Part shown: piece by piece, positions 49,077-59,239 of the stretch
Position numbering within the stretch: the first letter of the stretch is position 1
Layout: each line of letters begins with the position of its first letter
Assembly: GCA_965205945.1 (NCBI GenBank)
Contig: CBDBIB010000003.1
Location: 512,394-576,393 of the forward strand
Length of the DNA: 64,000 nucleotides
Source of the DNA: Bdellovibrionales bacterium
GTDB taxonomy: Bacteria > Bdellovibrionota > Bdellovibrionia > Bdellovibrionales > UBA1609
Reading direction: 5' to 3'
Translations under genes and position numbers: made by a program
Notes under the pieces: model-generated
Databases searched by the model: none
What the model was told of the DNA's origin: nothing
The model's input: the letters and a program-made list of their open reading frames with translations, nothing else

Positions 49077-52000
49077 GTGAGCAATTTGTGGATCGTTAAG
49101 GATGCTTTCGGTCAAATTCAAGGGCCTTTTGAGACCAGTGAAGTTCTTATTCAGATTAAAAATGAAATTTTAACAGGTGATGAGCAAATAGCCTCATATC
49201 CTGAAGGCGCCTGGCAGCAGATTTCTGCAGAGCCGGAGTTTTTTAATTATATGCTTGCTGTTTTATCTGGTACAGAAGCTAAGAATGAAGAAGAAAAAGA
49301 GCAAAAATCAGATTTAAAACATAAGACTATTAAATTAGATGAAAGAGATGAGATTCATGGGGACGATGAATCTAAAGGCTTTAAAGTTAAAGATATTTTA
49401 AACGAAGCTAAACCAATCTTTCCGGAGAATATGGGAGAAGAGCATCAAGATCTTAACAAGGATGAGGTGAGTGCTGGGGATGAGCTTTTATCTCCTCCAC
49501 CTAAAGCATTTATAAAGCATAGAGAGATTAAAGGGCGTTTGCATTTATTTGAAGATAGGCAAGCATTAACAGTTGATAGGTTGGAGGAGTTAAAAGAAAA
49601 AAGTAAGAAAAGAGAAAAAAATAAAAAATTTTTATATTTAATTTTAGTCATTGGAATAGGGTTATTTATAAGTTTACTTTTTATTGAAGACAAAGCTGTT
49701 AAAAAGTCAGACAGATATAGATTTATTCTTCCTGAAAAATCTAAATTTAAAGTTACAGATTCTGTTCAAAAGAAAGAAAGCCTTACAAAAGCTATAGAGT
49801 TGATACAAAGTGATTTAGTTCTTAATATTATGAAGGGACAAGTGTTGCTTAATGGGGTTTTATCTTATGAACCTAGAAATAAAACTAGTCTTCTTTTATT
49901 GTGTGGATCGTATTTAAGATTATGGGAGTATACATCTAAAACAGTTTCTGATCTTTATGTTGTTTCAGAAGTGGGTAAAAGAGTTTATCAAATTGGTAGT
50001 AATGATGATGCTATGTATGTTTGTAAACTGACAGAGATGATTTTAAGAGGAAAAAATGCTGAGGCTAGTTTAAGTGTAAATTCATATTTAAATTCAGAAG
50101 GAATGTCTGGAGAGCACTCTTTTTATCTTAGATATTTTAAAGGCCTTTTACTATATATGAAAAGGAACTATCATGTTTCAGCATCTTTTTTAGAGAGTTC
50201 TTTAAAAATTAAGAAAGAATGGATTCCATCTTGGATGCTGTTAGGTATGGTTTATAACAGACAAAATCGAAGTCAAGAGGCGTATAATGTTTTTAAAAGA
50301 GTTTTACAGTTAAGCCCCAATCATCCAGAAGCTTTATTTCAGCTAACAATTTTAAATATTGAAGTTTTTAGTAAGTTTAAAATAGGCTTAAAGTATTTTA
50401 AGAAAGCTTTAAAAGTTACTAGCAAAGGCAGAGTGGATAAACATATTCAATCAAAAGCATATGCCAGTGTTGCAAAGGTATATTTTAAGAAAGGAAAAAC
50501 TTTAAAAGCAGAAAAGTTTGCAAGAACTGCATTTGACTTGGATCAGTCAAATATTCTAGCAAAGAATATTTTAATATTTGTAGGAGCTAAAGCTGATTCA
50601 TCTTTTGCAGATAAGTATATTATTGCTGAAGCTAATATACTTTATAATGCTAAAGAGTGGGAGGCAGCCATTGCAATGTATGAAAAAGCTTATAAAATTA
50701 ATCCTAGAAATAGTTTTACAGCGTTGCAGATTGCTAATTGCTATTGGAATCGATCTTTTATAAAAGATGCCATTAAATGGGCTGAGCTTGCTGTGGCAGC
50801 TAATCCTAAAGATGTAGAGGCCTATATTATATTAGCAAAGTTTTTAATTAATCAGTACAGATTAGTTGACGCAGCAAGGGTGTTGATGAAGGCAAAAGGA
50901 ATAAATAAATTAAACTATAAAATTTATACAGGCTTTGCTCAAATAGAGTTTTATCGTAAAAATTATCAAAGAGCGCTTAAGTTTGCTAAGGAAGCATTAA
51001 GAATATACTCTAATAATGTAGATGCAAGTATTATTTCCATAAAGGCTTTAAAAAAACTTGGTGAAATTGAAAAAGCGTATGTACATGCAAGTACTTCCAT
51101 AGAAGTGAATCATTCTTCTTTTGAACTTGAAAATTTATATGTTGAATTATTGATGAAAACTCAAGGCTTAGATTTTGCAGAAGAATATATTAATGATCGT
51201 ATAAAGGTTTTTTCTGGAGATTTAAAATATCAAATTATTCTTGCAAACGTATATATTCAAGATCAACAATATGAAAAAGCAGCTAAAATTGTTCAAAGAG
51301 CGAACGAACTTTTAGAGTGGGAGTCTTGGGATGGAATTATTACTTACGCAAATGCTATGAGATTTTTAGGTAAGCTTGAAAGAGCCTTAGATAGTTACGA
51401 GAGAGCTTATTTGATGAAGCCAACAAAAATTAATCCTCTTTTTGAAAGTGGAGTTATGTTTACGAAAAATTTGAAACCAAATCAGGCTATTAAGCAATTT
51501 AAGAGGGTGAAGCGTGCGAATCCATTATTCCCAGATTTGCTATATCAATGGGCTAGAGCAGTAAAGCTGCTTGCTGAAAAAAAACAAGATCCAAAAATAG
51601 TTCAAGAAGCCATTGATTTATGTAAGCAAGAATTATTAAGCAATCCATCACATTTTGAATCTTACTTAATAATAGCTGAGAGCTATCATCTTCTTGGAAA
51701 CATAGCTAGAAATAAGATTAAAACGATGAATACTCAAGATAGTAAGTATTCAGAAACTTATAGTGAAATGATTTCTTGGTACAAGCTTTGTGCAAAAAAC
51801 TATCAAAAGTCTATAGATAAAGCCGTTCAATCTGGTGAAGTTTATATTGATATGGCTCGTTGTTATAGATTAAGTGGAGCATTAGATCAGGCAAGGGCTA
51901 GTGCCATTGTGGCAGAAAGCTTGGATAAAACAAATCCTCGTATTTGGCTTGAAATAGCTCAAATATATGAGCAACAGGGAGGATATAGAGAGGCTTTAAA

Positions 52001-52100
52001 AGCATATGAGAATTTTTTACTAATATATCCGAACGCTCCAAATAAAAAAGATATTGAAAACAGGCTTAACAAGCTTAAAAGTATGGTTGAGGGGAAATAA
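49077..52100 (+). CDS. Large membrane-anchored TPR protein with an N-terminal GYF-like domain
   Basis: N-terminal W.VKD..G.I.GPF...W pattern, an acidic linker, one TM helix (FLYLILVIGIGLFISLLFI), then many TPR-like repeats. Confidence 0.75.
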   Translation: MSNLWIVKDAFGQIQGPFETSEVLIQIKNEILTGDEQIASYPEGAWQQISAEPEFFNYMLAVLSGTEAKNEEEKEQKSDLKHKTIKLDERDEIHGDDESKGFKVKDILNEAKPIFPENMGEEHQDLNKDEVSAGDELLSPPPKAFIKHREIKGRLHLFEDRQALTVDRLEELKEKSKKREKNKKFLYLILVIGIGLFISLLFIEDKAVKKSDRYRFILPEKSKFKVTDSVQKKESLTKAIELIQSDLVLNIMKGQVLLNGVLSYEPRNKTSLLLLCGSYLRLWEYTSKTVSDLYVVSEVGKRVYQIGSNDDAMYVCKLTEMILRGKNAEASLSVNSYLNSEGMSGEHSFYLRYFKGLLLYMKRNYHVSASFLESSLKIKKEWIPSWMLLGMVYNRQNRSQEAYNVFKRVLQLSPNHPEALFQLTILNIEVFSKFKIGLKYFKKALKVTSKGRVDKHIQSKAYASVAKVYFKKGKTLKAEKFARTAFDLDQSNILAKNILIFVGAKADSSFADKYIIAEANILYNAKEWEAAIAMYEKAYKINPRNSFTALQIANCYWNRSFIKDAIKWAELAVAANPKDVEAYIILAKFLINQYRLVDAARVLMKAKGINKLNYKIYTGFAQIEFYRKNYQRALKFAKEALRIYSNNVDASIISIKALKKLGEIEKAYVHASTSIEVNHSSFELENLYVELLMKTQGLDFAEEYINDRIKVFSGDLKYQIILANVYIQDQQYEKAAKIVQRANELLEWESWDGIITYANAMRFLGKLERALDSYERAYLMKPTKINPLFESGVMFTKNLKPNQAIKQFKRVKRANPLFPDLLYQWARAVKLLAEKKQDPKIVQEAIDLCKQELLSNPSHFESYLIIAESYHLLGNIARNKIKTMNTQDSKYSETYSEMISWYKLCAKNYQKSIDKAVQSGEVYIDMARCYRLSGALDQARASAIVAESLDKTNPRIWLEIAQIYEQQGGYREALKAYENFLLIYPNAPNKKDIENRLNKLKSMVEGK

Positions 52101-52384
52101 TGTTAATAGACGAATCAGGTGGTAGAGCGATGTTTTTAAATTTTTTTATATGGATGGTTAAATGGCTTTCAGGTTTTATTTTTAGTTTTATTATTGCTGC
52201 TTTTGGTTTATTTATTTTTAATTATGGAACATTTTCATTTATATTTACGTTGATTGCAGGACAAATTCTTTTTTGGAGAGGGTTTCATAAACGTGGTTTA
52301 ATATCAGTATTGATATTTGACGCTCTTGTTATTTTTCTTCTTTTTATGCTTAGGTTATATATTATTTTAGGACCCAACGTTTAG
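52100..52384 (+). CDS. Small integral membrane protein
   Basis: Three hydrophobic segments. Start overlaps the upstream stop (TAATG). Confidence 0.65.
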   Translation: MLIDESGGRAMFLNFFIWMVKWLSGFIFSFIIAAFGLFIFNYGTFSFIFTLIAGQILFWRGFHKRGLISVLIFDALVIFLLFMLRLYIILGPNV

Positions 52385-52415
52385 GTTAAAGAAATGTGAG
52401 AGTAGGAGTTATAAA

Positions 52416-53708
52416 TTGATTGATTTAAAATGGCTGTATCAAAATTCTAAAGAGGGTGTTGCTAACTCTAAAATTTATAAAAAAAATCTAATTGATCGTG
52501 GAATGTCAGGAGATGAAGTAAATCTTCTTTTAATGCTTGATAAGAAGAGAAAACTTTCAATTCATAACTTTGAATCTAAAAAATCTGAACAGAAAAAATC
52601 CAGTCAAGATTTTGCAAAAATAAAGGAGAAAGGGCTAATTTCAAAAGATTTATTGCTGAAAATGAAAAATTTAAGTAAAGATGTTAAAAACTTAGAGCTT
52701 TTAACTCAGCAGGCTCAGGATAAAATTAATGAGATTCTTCAGATTTTACCAAACCGTCTAGATAAAAATATCCCTATTGGTCGCTCAGAAGAAGATAATG
52801 TTGTTTTGCATGAATGGGGGAAAAAAAAAGTTTATAAGTTTAAAGCAAAAGAGCATTGGCAGCTTGGGGAAAGTAATGGGACCATAGATTTTGATCGAGC
52901 GGGTAAAATATCAGGCTCTCGATTTGCTTTTTTAAGAGGCCAAGGAGCAAAACTTGAGAGAGCTTTAATACAATTTATGTTAGATAAACATGTTCAAGAA
53001 CATGGTTATGAGGAAATATTTCCACCTCTTATAGTAAATTCTAAAGCTTTATTTGGAACTAGTAATTTTCCTAAATTTAGAGAAGATGTTTTTAAAATTA
53101 AAGGCAGAGATGGTTATTTGATTCCCACAGCTGAGGTTCCGTTGACAAATCTTTATGCTGGAGAAATTCTTAAAGAAGAAGATTTGCCAAAAAAATTTAC
53201 AGCTTACACCCCCTGTTTTAGATCCGAGGCGGGAAGTTATGGTCAAGATACCAAGGGTTTAATTAGGCAGCATCAGTTTAATAAAGTAGAAATTGTTAAA
53301 CTAACTCATCCTGATAAATCAGAAGAAGAGCATTTAAAGCTTTTAAAAGACGCTGAAAGTATTCTTCAAGATCTTAATTTACATTATCAAACAAGGCAGT
53401 TGTGCTCAGGAGATATAAGCTTTGGAGCCATGAAGTGCTTTGATATAAACGTATGGCTTCCAGGGCAACAAGCCTATAGGGAGATTAGTTCTTGTTCTAA
53501 TTTTGGAGATTTTCAAGCTAGACGGGCAAATATTAGATTTAAGCCTTTTAATGGAGGAAAGCCTTTATTAATACATACTCTAAACGGTTCAGGCTTGGCT
53601 GTAGGAAGAACAATGGTAGCCGTTTATGAAAACTATCAACAAGAAGATGGGTCAATAATTGTACCAGAAGTTTTAAAAAAATATATGGGTAAAGAAATTA
53701 TTAAATAA
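52416..53708 (+). CDS. serS: Serine--tRNA ligase
   Basis: GSRF, LIPTAEVP, FRSEAG, GLIRQHQF.KVE, EISSCSN and HTLNGSGLAVGR motifs. Confidence 0.97.
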   Translation: MIDLKWLYQNSKEGVANSKIYKKNLIDRGMSGDEVNLLLMLDKKRKLSIHNFESKKSEQKKSSQDFAKIKEKGLISKDLLLKMKNLSKDVKNLELLTQQAQDKINEILQILPNRLDKNIPIGRSEEDNVVLHEWGKKKVYKFKAKEHWQLGESNGTIDFDRAGKISGSRFAFLRGQGAKLERALIQFMLDKHVQEHGYEEIFPPLIVNSKALFGTSNFPKFREDVFKIKGRDGYLIPTAEVPLTNLYAGEILKEEDLPKKFTAYTPCFRSEAGSYGQDTKGLIRQHQFNKVEIVKLTHPDKSEEEHLKLLKDAESILQDLNLHYQTRQLCSGDISFGAMKCFDINVWLPGQQAYREISSCSNFGDFQARRANIRFKPFNGGKPLLIHTLNGSGLAVGRTMVAVYENYQQEDGSIIVPEVLKKYMGKEIIK

Positions 53709-53718
53709 GGAGTTTTAA

Positions 53719-55533
53719 ATGAAGCAATTTTTAAAAATATTTTTTGGATCTTTTTTAGGATCAGCACTTGGAGTAAGTATAGGGTTTATTTGTTTAATTG
53801 CTTTAATGGTAACTGGTCTAAATTTATTTTTTGGAGGTAGAGGGGATACAGGTATTCAAACGTTAAAAAACAATTCCATTATTGTTTTAAATCTTTCACA
53901 AAATGTTACAGAGCTTTTAGATGAGAGTTTTTTAGAAATTCAAGAAGCGTATAATCTTCATGATATTCGTGAAGCTTTACAAAAAGCCTCGGAGGATGAC
54001 AGAGTTCAAGGTATTTTAATAAAAATGACTTCAAGCACACCCATTGGATGGTCTACAGCTAAAGAACTTAGAAAGATTCTTTTAGATTTTTCAGAATCTA
54101 AAAAAAGTATTGTTGCTTTTGGAGAAACTGTAGATGAAAAGTCTATGTATATAGCTTCAGTTGCAGAAAGTATTTATATGCATCCTAATGGAAAAGTAGA
54201 TTGGAATGGTTTTGTAGCCACACCAATATTTTATAAAGGATTATTTGATAAATTAGAACTTGAGCCAATTATTTTTAAAGTTGGAAAATATAAATCTGCA
54301 ATTGAGCCTTTTATTAATGAAAAAATGAGTTTTGAATCCAGGCAACAAACAGAAGAGTTATTAGAAGATCTTTGGGAGGAAACTTTAGAAATCGTATCTG
54401 TAAGTAGAAACATTGATGTGAGTAACTTAAGAGAGTTTGCAGATGGTGCAACAGTGAGAACTGCAAAGCAGGCAAAAAAGATTGATTTAATTGATGAGGT
54501 AATAAGATATACAGATTTAGTAGAAATGCTTTTACAGAAGAAAGATAAAAAAACTATAATTAAAAAAGATGATTTAAAAAGATTAGTTTCCATAAGAGAG
54601 TACGAGGCGTTAAAGGGAGATAGTATGTTTGTAGCCTTAGAGCAAGGGTCATTGTTTAATCGCCAAGAAAAAAAAGAAAATAAAATTGCGATTCTTATTC
54701 TTGAAGGAACAATTATGCCGGGTTCTTTTGAGAAAGGTGTTATTGGTTCGGACTCAGTTGTAGAAGAACTTCAGAAAATAAGATTAGATAAAAAAATTAA
54801 AGGTGTTGTTTTAAGGATTAATTCTCCAGGGGGTAGTGCCTTGGCTTCTAATGTTATTTGGCATGAAGTAGAAAAGTTAAAAACAAAAAAATTAGTGTAT
54901 GTTTCTATGGGAGACACTGCAGCATCGGGAGGTTACTACATAGCAGCAGGAGCAAATAAAATTTTTGCAAATGCAAACACAATTACAGGATCAATAGGAG
55001 TGTTTTCAGTGTTGTTTAATGTTGAAAAAACTTTTAGATCTAAAGTAGGTTTAACATTTGATAGAGTTGTTACAAATAAATATGCAGATCTCGGCTCGAG
55101 TTTGCGTGCTATGGACGAAGGTGAAAAGGCCATTTTTCAAGAAGATGTAAGTAGGGTTTATAAGAACTTTTTAAATATAGTTGAAAAAGGTAGAAGCTAT
55201 ACAAGATTTGCTGATGTTGAAATGATCGCTCAAGGAAGAGTTTGGTCAGGTGTTCAGGCTAAGGAAGTGGGTTTAGTGGATCAACTTGGTGGCTTAGAAG
55301 ATTGTACAGTGACTTTGGCTGGAGAGTTAAAATTAGAGGATTATGATTTAGACTTTTATCCAAAGAAAAATTTTTTTCAAGGTTTTTTAAAAGGTTTACT
55401 TAGCATAGGAGCAAAACTACAAGGCGCCTATGAAGCTATAAATTCACCAATAGAATATACAAGAAAAATTAAAGAACGCTTGAGCAACGAGCAGATTCTA
55501 ATGTTATCTCCTTACACAATGATTATAAATTAA
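53719..55533 (+). CDS. sppA: Signal peptide peptidase SppA (protease IV, 67K type)
   Basis: VGKYKSA.EPF, LRINSPGGS, AASGGYY, TGSIGV and AQGRVWSG motifs. Confidence 0.93.
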   Translation: MKQFLKIFFGSFLGSALGVSIGFICLIALMVTGLNLFFGGRGDTGIQTLKNNSIIVLNLSQNVTELLDESFLEIQEAYNLHDIREALQKASEDDRVQGILIKMTSSTPIGWSTAKELRKILLDFSESKKSIVAFGETVDEKSMYIASVAESIYMHPNGKVDWNGFVATPIFYKGLFDKLELEPIIFKVGKYKSAIEPFINEKMSFESRQQTEELLEDLWEETLEIVSVSRNIDVSNLREFADGATVRTAKQAKKIDLIDEVIRYTDLVEMLLQKKDKKTIIKKDDLKRLVSIREYEALKGDSMFVALEQGSLFNRQEKKENKIAILILEGTIMPGSFEKGVIGSDSVVEELQKIRLDKKIKGVVLRINSPGGSALASNVIWHEVEKLKTKKLVYVSMGDTAASGGYYIAAGANKIFANANTITGSIGVFSVLFNVEKTFRSKVGLTFDRVVTNKYADLGSSLRAMDEGEKAIFQEDVSRVYKNFLNIVEKGRSYTRFADVEMIAQGRVWSGVQAKEVGLVDQLGGLEDCTVTLAGELKLEDYDLDFYPKKNFFQGFLKGLLSIGAKLQGAYEAINSPIEYTRKIKERLSNEQILMLSPYTMIIN

Positions 55534-55579
55534 TAAAAAATGTTGCCCTTTGTTGATCTATTATAATAGAACTGTTTAT

Positions 55580-55670
55580 GGAGGGCTGGCAGAGCGGTTG
55601 AATGCACCAGTCTTGAAAACTGGCAGGTGTTTATAGCGCCTCGGGGGTTCGAATCCCCCGCCCTCCGCCA
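55580..55670 (+). tRNA. tRNA-Ser (anticodon TGA)
   Basis: Acceptor stem GGAGGGC/GCCCTCC plus GCCA. Anticodon arm CCAGT-CTTGAAA-ACTGG, a long variable arm, and T-loop GTTCGAATC. Confidence 0.97.
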
Positions 55671-55847
55671 TTAATTTTTAAATTCGATTAAGTAGTAAAA
55701 CTACTTGCTTTTGTTTATAAAAAAAAATGAGCTTATAAAGCTAGAACCTAAATTTAGATTTTATCTAATCCAATGTTATTTAAGTAAGATTTCATTAGTT
55801 TTTAGGCCAACTTTTGATTTATTCCATTTTTTAAAAAGATGTAGAGT

Positions 55848-56010
55848 AAAAAAATGTAGGCTAAAGATGAAAGTAAACCCAAGCGTTAAAGTGGGCACCA
55901 TATAAACGCTTTAGGCTTCCTACTTAAAGTAGGCATGCTCACCACATTCAGGGACAGTTCCCGATAAGTATACTTGTAGGGTTTACTTTTTCAACCTAGC
56001 CTACAAATAA
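55848..56010 (-). ncRNA. ssrS: 6S RNA
   Basis: The minus strand contains GGTGAGCATGC-hairpin-GAAGCCTAAA, as in the E. coli 6S terminal-loop region. Long-range pairings TGTAGGCTA/TAGCCTACA and AAGTAAACCC/GGGTTTACTT. Ends in a U-run and has an upstream promoter. Confidence 0.8.
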
Positions 56011-56016
56011 AGCTAT

Positions 56017-56045
56017 ATCTTACCATTAAGAAAAGAGCTCTACAA
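56017..56045 (-). promoter_or_regulatory. Sigma70-type promoter of the 6S RNA
   Basis: The minus strand reads TTGTAG-N17-TAAGAT with an extended -10 TGn. Confidence 0.55.
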
Positions 56046-56055
56046 GACTAGGGGC

Positions 56056-56084
56056 TTGCTCAAAGAAGAAAAAGGCCATAAGTT
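56056..56084 (+). promoter_or_regulatory. Sigma70-type promoter of xseA
   Basis: TTGCTC-N17-TAAGTT. The ATG follows after 8 nt and there is no SD. Confidence 0.45.
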
Positions 56085-56092
56085 TAAGCCGT

Positions 56093-57469
56093 ATGGGCCA
56101 TGGTCAGCAGTCGTTTAGTTTTGAGCAAAAAAAGTCTTTAAAGGCCGAGGCTATGTCTGTAAGTGATTTAAATCAGGCTATAAAATCAAATATTGAGGAT
56201 GAATTTCATACGATTTGGGTAAAAGGTGAAATATCTAATTTTAAATTTCATTCATCAGGACATTTTTATTTTTCCTTAAAAGACTCAAAATCTCAAATTA
56301 GTATAGTTATGTTTCGAGGTTTAAACGTAAAGCTTAAGTTTAGGCCTAAAGATGGCATGCAAGTTATTTTAAGGGGCAAAGTTACAGTTTACACTCCTAA
56401 AGGTTCATATCAAATTTTATGTGAAACAATGAGCCCTACTGGGCAAGGTGATCTTCAAGAAGCCTTTGAAAAATTAAAGATAAAATTAAAAAATGAGGGT
56501 TTGTTTGATAGTAAAAAGAAAAAACCACTTCCTTTTCTACCGTTTAATATAGTTTTAGTAACAAGTCCAACAGGAGCTGCTGTTAAAGATATGATTCATG
56601 TTTTAAAAAGAAGGCATCCGGCAGCTCAAATCACCATAGTCCAGACTTTGACTCAAGGAGACCACGCTGCAAGGGATTTAATTAGAGCACTTAAGGATGC
56701 TGAAAAACTTGCTGACGCTGAGGTGATTATTTTAAGTAGGGGTGGTGGATCGTTAGAGGATATGTGGTGTTTTAATGATGAGGGGCTTGCTAGAAAAATT
56801 TATTCAATGAAAATTCCTATTATATCTGGAGTAGGTCATGAAATTGATTTTACCATTTCAGATTTTGTGGCAGATTTTAGAGCGCCAACACCTTCAGTTG
56901 CTGCAGAGATTGTTTGTAAAAATGTAGATGAAATTAAAGAAAAGATTTCTCAAAGTAAAGGCCGTTTAGAACACAAAATATGGAATCTTATTCAGAATAA
57001 AAAAACTGTGATTAGTCATATGAGTATGAGACTTGTAGATCCAAGAAACAGATTTTTGGATTTAAGAATTAAAATTGATGAACTTATTGTTCGAGCTCAA
57101 AGGTCTATTGAATCAAAGATTCAGATTTATAGAGTCAATGAAAAATCTTATAGTTTAAGGCTTAAGGGAGTTTTAAATATTGGGAATTTTTTAAAGCAAA
57201 GACTTGGTTTTTTAAGTAGAGATTTGATAAATGCCCAAGAAATTAAATTAAAAAATTTTAAAGCAAGGCTTAATCAAAATATTGGAGTTTTAAAAGCTTT
57301 AAATCCTTTTGGAGTCTTAGATAGAGGATATGCTATTGTTAGAAATACTAGAACTGGAGAAATAGTTAAAGATTTTAATTCATTAAGGGTAAAGGAGAAA
57401 ATAAAAGTTCAATTTTTTAAAGGAAGAGTAGAGGCTGAAATTACAAAAAAAATAAAAGATGGAGAGTGA
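56093..57469 (+). CDS. xseA: Exodeoxyribonuclease VII large subunit
   Basis: GEISN....SGH.YFSLKD, TSPTGAA, RGGGS.ED and SGVGHE.D...D.RAPTPS motifs. Confidence 0.96.
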   Translation: MGHGQQSFSFEQKKSLKAEAMSVSDLNQAIKSNIEDEFHTIWVKGEISNFKFHSSGHFYFSLKDSKSQISIVMFRGLNVKLKFRPKDGMQVILRGKVTVYTPKGSYQILCETMSPTGQGDLQEAFEKLKIKLKNEGLFDSKKKKPLPFLPFNIVLVTSPTGAAVKDMIHVLKRRHPAAQITIVQTLTQGDHAARDLIRALKDAEKLADAEVIILSRGGGSLEDMWCFNDEGLARKIYSMKIPIISGVGHEIDFTISDFVADFRAPTPSVAAEIVCKNVDEIKEKISQSKGRLEHKIWNLIQNKKTVISHMSMRLVDPRNRFLDLRIKIDELIVRAQRSIESKIQIYRVNEKSYSLRLKGVLNIGNFLKQRLGFLSRDLINAQEIKLKNFKARLNQNIGVLKALNPFGVLDRGYAIVRNTRTGEIVKDFNSLRVKEKIKVQFFKGRVEAEITKKIKDGE

Positions 57470-57689
57470 AAAGATGGTTAAAGAAAAAGTTTCTTTTGAA
57501 GAAAAAATTAAAAGATTAGAAGAAATTGTTGGGAAAATTGAATCTTCAGATATTGAGTTAAAAGACTCTATTAGGCTTTTTGAAGAAGGGGTAAAGCTTT
57601 CAAAAGACTGTCAATCAGCGTTAGATGATGCTGAGAAAAAAGTTAAAATATTGGTTTCAGATGGAAATTTTAGGGAGTTTAATGAGTAA
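57459..57689 (+). CDS. xseB: Exodeoxyribonuclease VII small subunit
   Basis: FEE...RLEEIV..IE...L..S..LFEEG..L...C...L..AE pattern. Confidence 0.93.
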   Translation: MESEKMVKEKVSFEEKIKRLEEIVGKIESSDIELKDSIRLFEEGVKLSKDCQSALDDAEKKVKILVSDGNFREFNE

Positions 57690-58497
57690 TGATTTTAAAT
57701 TTTATTGCGAAAAAGAACTTTTTAGATTAAAAAAAAATTCAAATTCAGATTTTTTTAATAGCTTAAAGTACTCTTTTTTTTCAGGAGGAAAAAGAATAAG
57801 ACCACGCTTACTTTTGGCTATGGGTGAAGAGTTAGGCTGTAGAGCAAAAGTTTTATATTCGGTGGCATTTGCAGTTGAATTGGTGCACACATACTCTCTT
57901 ATTCACGATGATCTTCCAGCAATGGATAATGATATGTATCGAAGGGGAAGGCTTACCCACCATGCTAAATATGGAGAAGCTTCAGCAGTACTTGCTGGAA
58001 ATGGACTTTTAACTTTTGCATTTCAGATTTTAGCTGAGAATTATAGAGGAGAAGTTTTAAAGGATTTAATCTTAATGCTTTCAAAATCTTTAGGGGCGTT
58101 GGGAATGATTGGTGGGCAAGTATTAGACTGTTTAACTCATGAGCGAGATGAAAAGATTTTTAACAAAATCCATTTATTAAAAACAGGAATGCTCTTTGGT
58201 TTTTCTACTGCATCACCAGGTGTAATCTTAGGTTTGGAGAAATCAAAAATAGATAATCTAAAAAGGCTTGGTCATATAATTGGTCTACTTTTTCAATTAC
58301 AAGATGATTTTTTTGATGAAGATAAGAAGAGTAAGCGTAGAGAAGAAAATATTTTGTCAATTTTATTAAAAACAGAGCTGCTAAATCTTATTCAAAACAA
58401 AAAAGAAAGTATTCAGTATTTATTAAGAGAACTTCATATTAAAATGGGATCAACTTTTTATGAGTTAATACAAATGCTTTTTAAGAGAAAGTATTAA
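57682..58497 (+). CDS. ispA: Polyprenyl (farnesyl) diphosphate synthase
   Basis: GGKRIRP, HTYSLIHDDLPAMDND..RRG, GMIGGQ..D, KTG and FQLQDD motifs. Confidence 0.9.
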   Translation: MSNDFKFYCEKELFRLKKNSNSDFFNSLKYSFFSGGKRIRPRLLLAMGEELGCRAKVLYSVAFAVELVHTYSLIHDDLPAMDNDMYRRGRLTHHAKYGEASAVLAGNGLLTFAFQILAENYRGEVLKDLILMLSKSLGALGMIGGQVLDCLTHERDEKIFNKIHLLKTGMLFGFSTASPGVILGLEKSKIDNLKRLGHIIGLLFQLQDDFFDEDKKSKRREENILSILLKTELLNLIQNKKESIQYLLRELHIKMGSTFYELIQMLFKRKY

Positions 58498-58507
58498 GAG
58501 CAAAAAT

Positions 58508-59239
58508 ATGCGTTTAGATCAGTATCTAGTTAAGATTAAAAAAATGCGTTCTAGAGTTCAAGCAAAAGATTTTATCCAAAATGGAAAAGTTAAAGTGAAT
58601 GGGAGGTTAGTTACAAAAGCCAGTTGCCTTTGTAATTTAAACACTGAAATTCAAATTATAAATAATGCCGATGTAAAGTGGGTAGCCAGATCAGGTCAAA
58701 AGCTTTATAAAGCCCTTAAACATTTAAATCTAGATTTAATGGGCAAGACTTGTTTGGATGTAGGGCAATCCACAGGGGGATTCACCCAAGCAATGCTTAA
58801 AAAAAATGCTAAAACAGTTGTTGGTATTGATGTTGGTAAAGATCAATTGGATAAAGAGATTAAAAGCCTTACTAATGTTTACTGTTATGAGTCTTTTGAT
58901 GCTAGAGAGCTTTTAAAGCTTAAAGATCAATGGGACATTGATTTTTTTGCTGTAGATGTTTCGTTTATTTCTGTTTTAAAAATTTTTAAGGGGCTTAAGG
59001 ATTTAGTCTGTGGAGATTTTCCCATTAATGGGCTTTTGCTTATAAAACCACAGTTTGAGGTGGGTAAAAATGAGGTGAAAAAAGGTGGTCTAGTTGATCT
59101 GCCACTGATACATTTAGAATGTGAAAAAAAGATCTTAACTAAACTTGTAAAGATGGGGGCTGTAATTCTAGATTACTTTCCATCAAGTTTGAAGGGGAGA
59201 GATGGCAATCAAGAGTTTATTTGTTATATTTCTATTTAG
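58508..59239 (+). CDS. tlyA: TlyA family rRNA methyltransferase
   Basis: S4 domain MRLD.YLV, LDVG.STGGFT, DVSFIS, KPQFE and G.DGN.EF motifs. Confidence 0.93.
   Translation: MRLDQYLVKIKKMRSRVQAKDFIQNGKVKVNGRLVTKASCLCNLNTEIQIINNADVKWVARSGQKLYKALKHLNLDLMGKTCLDVGQSTGGFTQAMLKKNAKTVVGIDVGKDQLDKEIKSLTNVYCYESFDARELLKLKDQWDIDFFAVDVSFISVLKIFKGLKDLVCGDFPINGLLLIKPQFEVGKNEVKKGGLVDLPLIHLECEKKILTKLVKMGAVILDYFPSSLKGRDGNQEFICYISI

Noticed and set aside
55580..55850. tRNA-Ser as an integration site for an island or prophage
   Set aside because: No integrase nearby, and no duplicate of the tRNA 3' end was noticed in the window.
55705..55905. 66-aa ORF downstream of tRNA-Ser
   Set aside because: TTG start, low-complexity K/F/L composition, and it overlaps the 6S RNA on the opposite strand.
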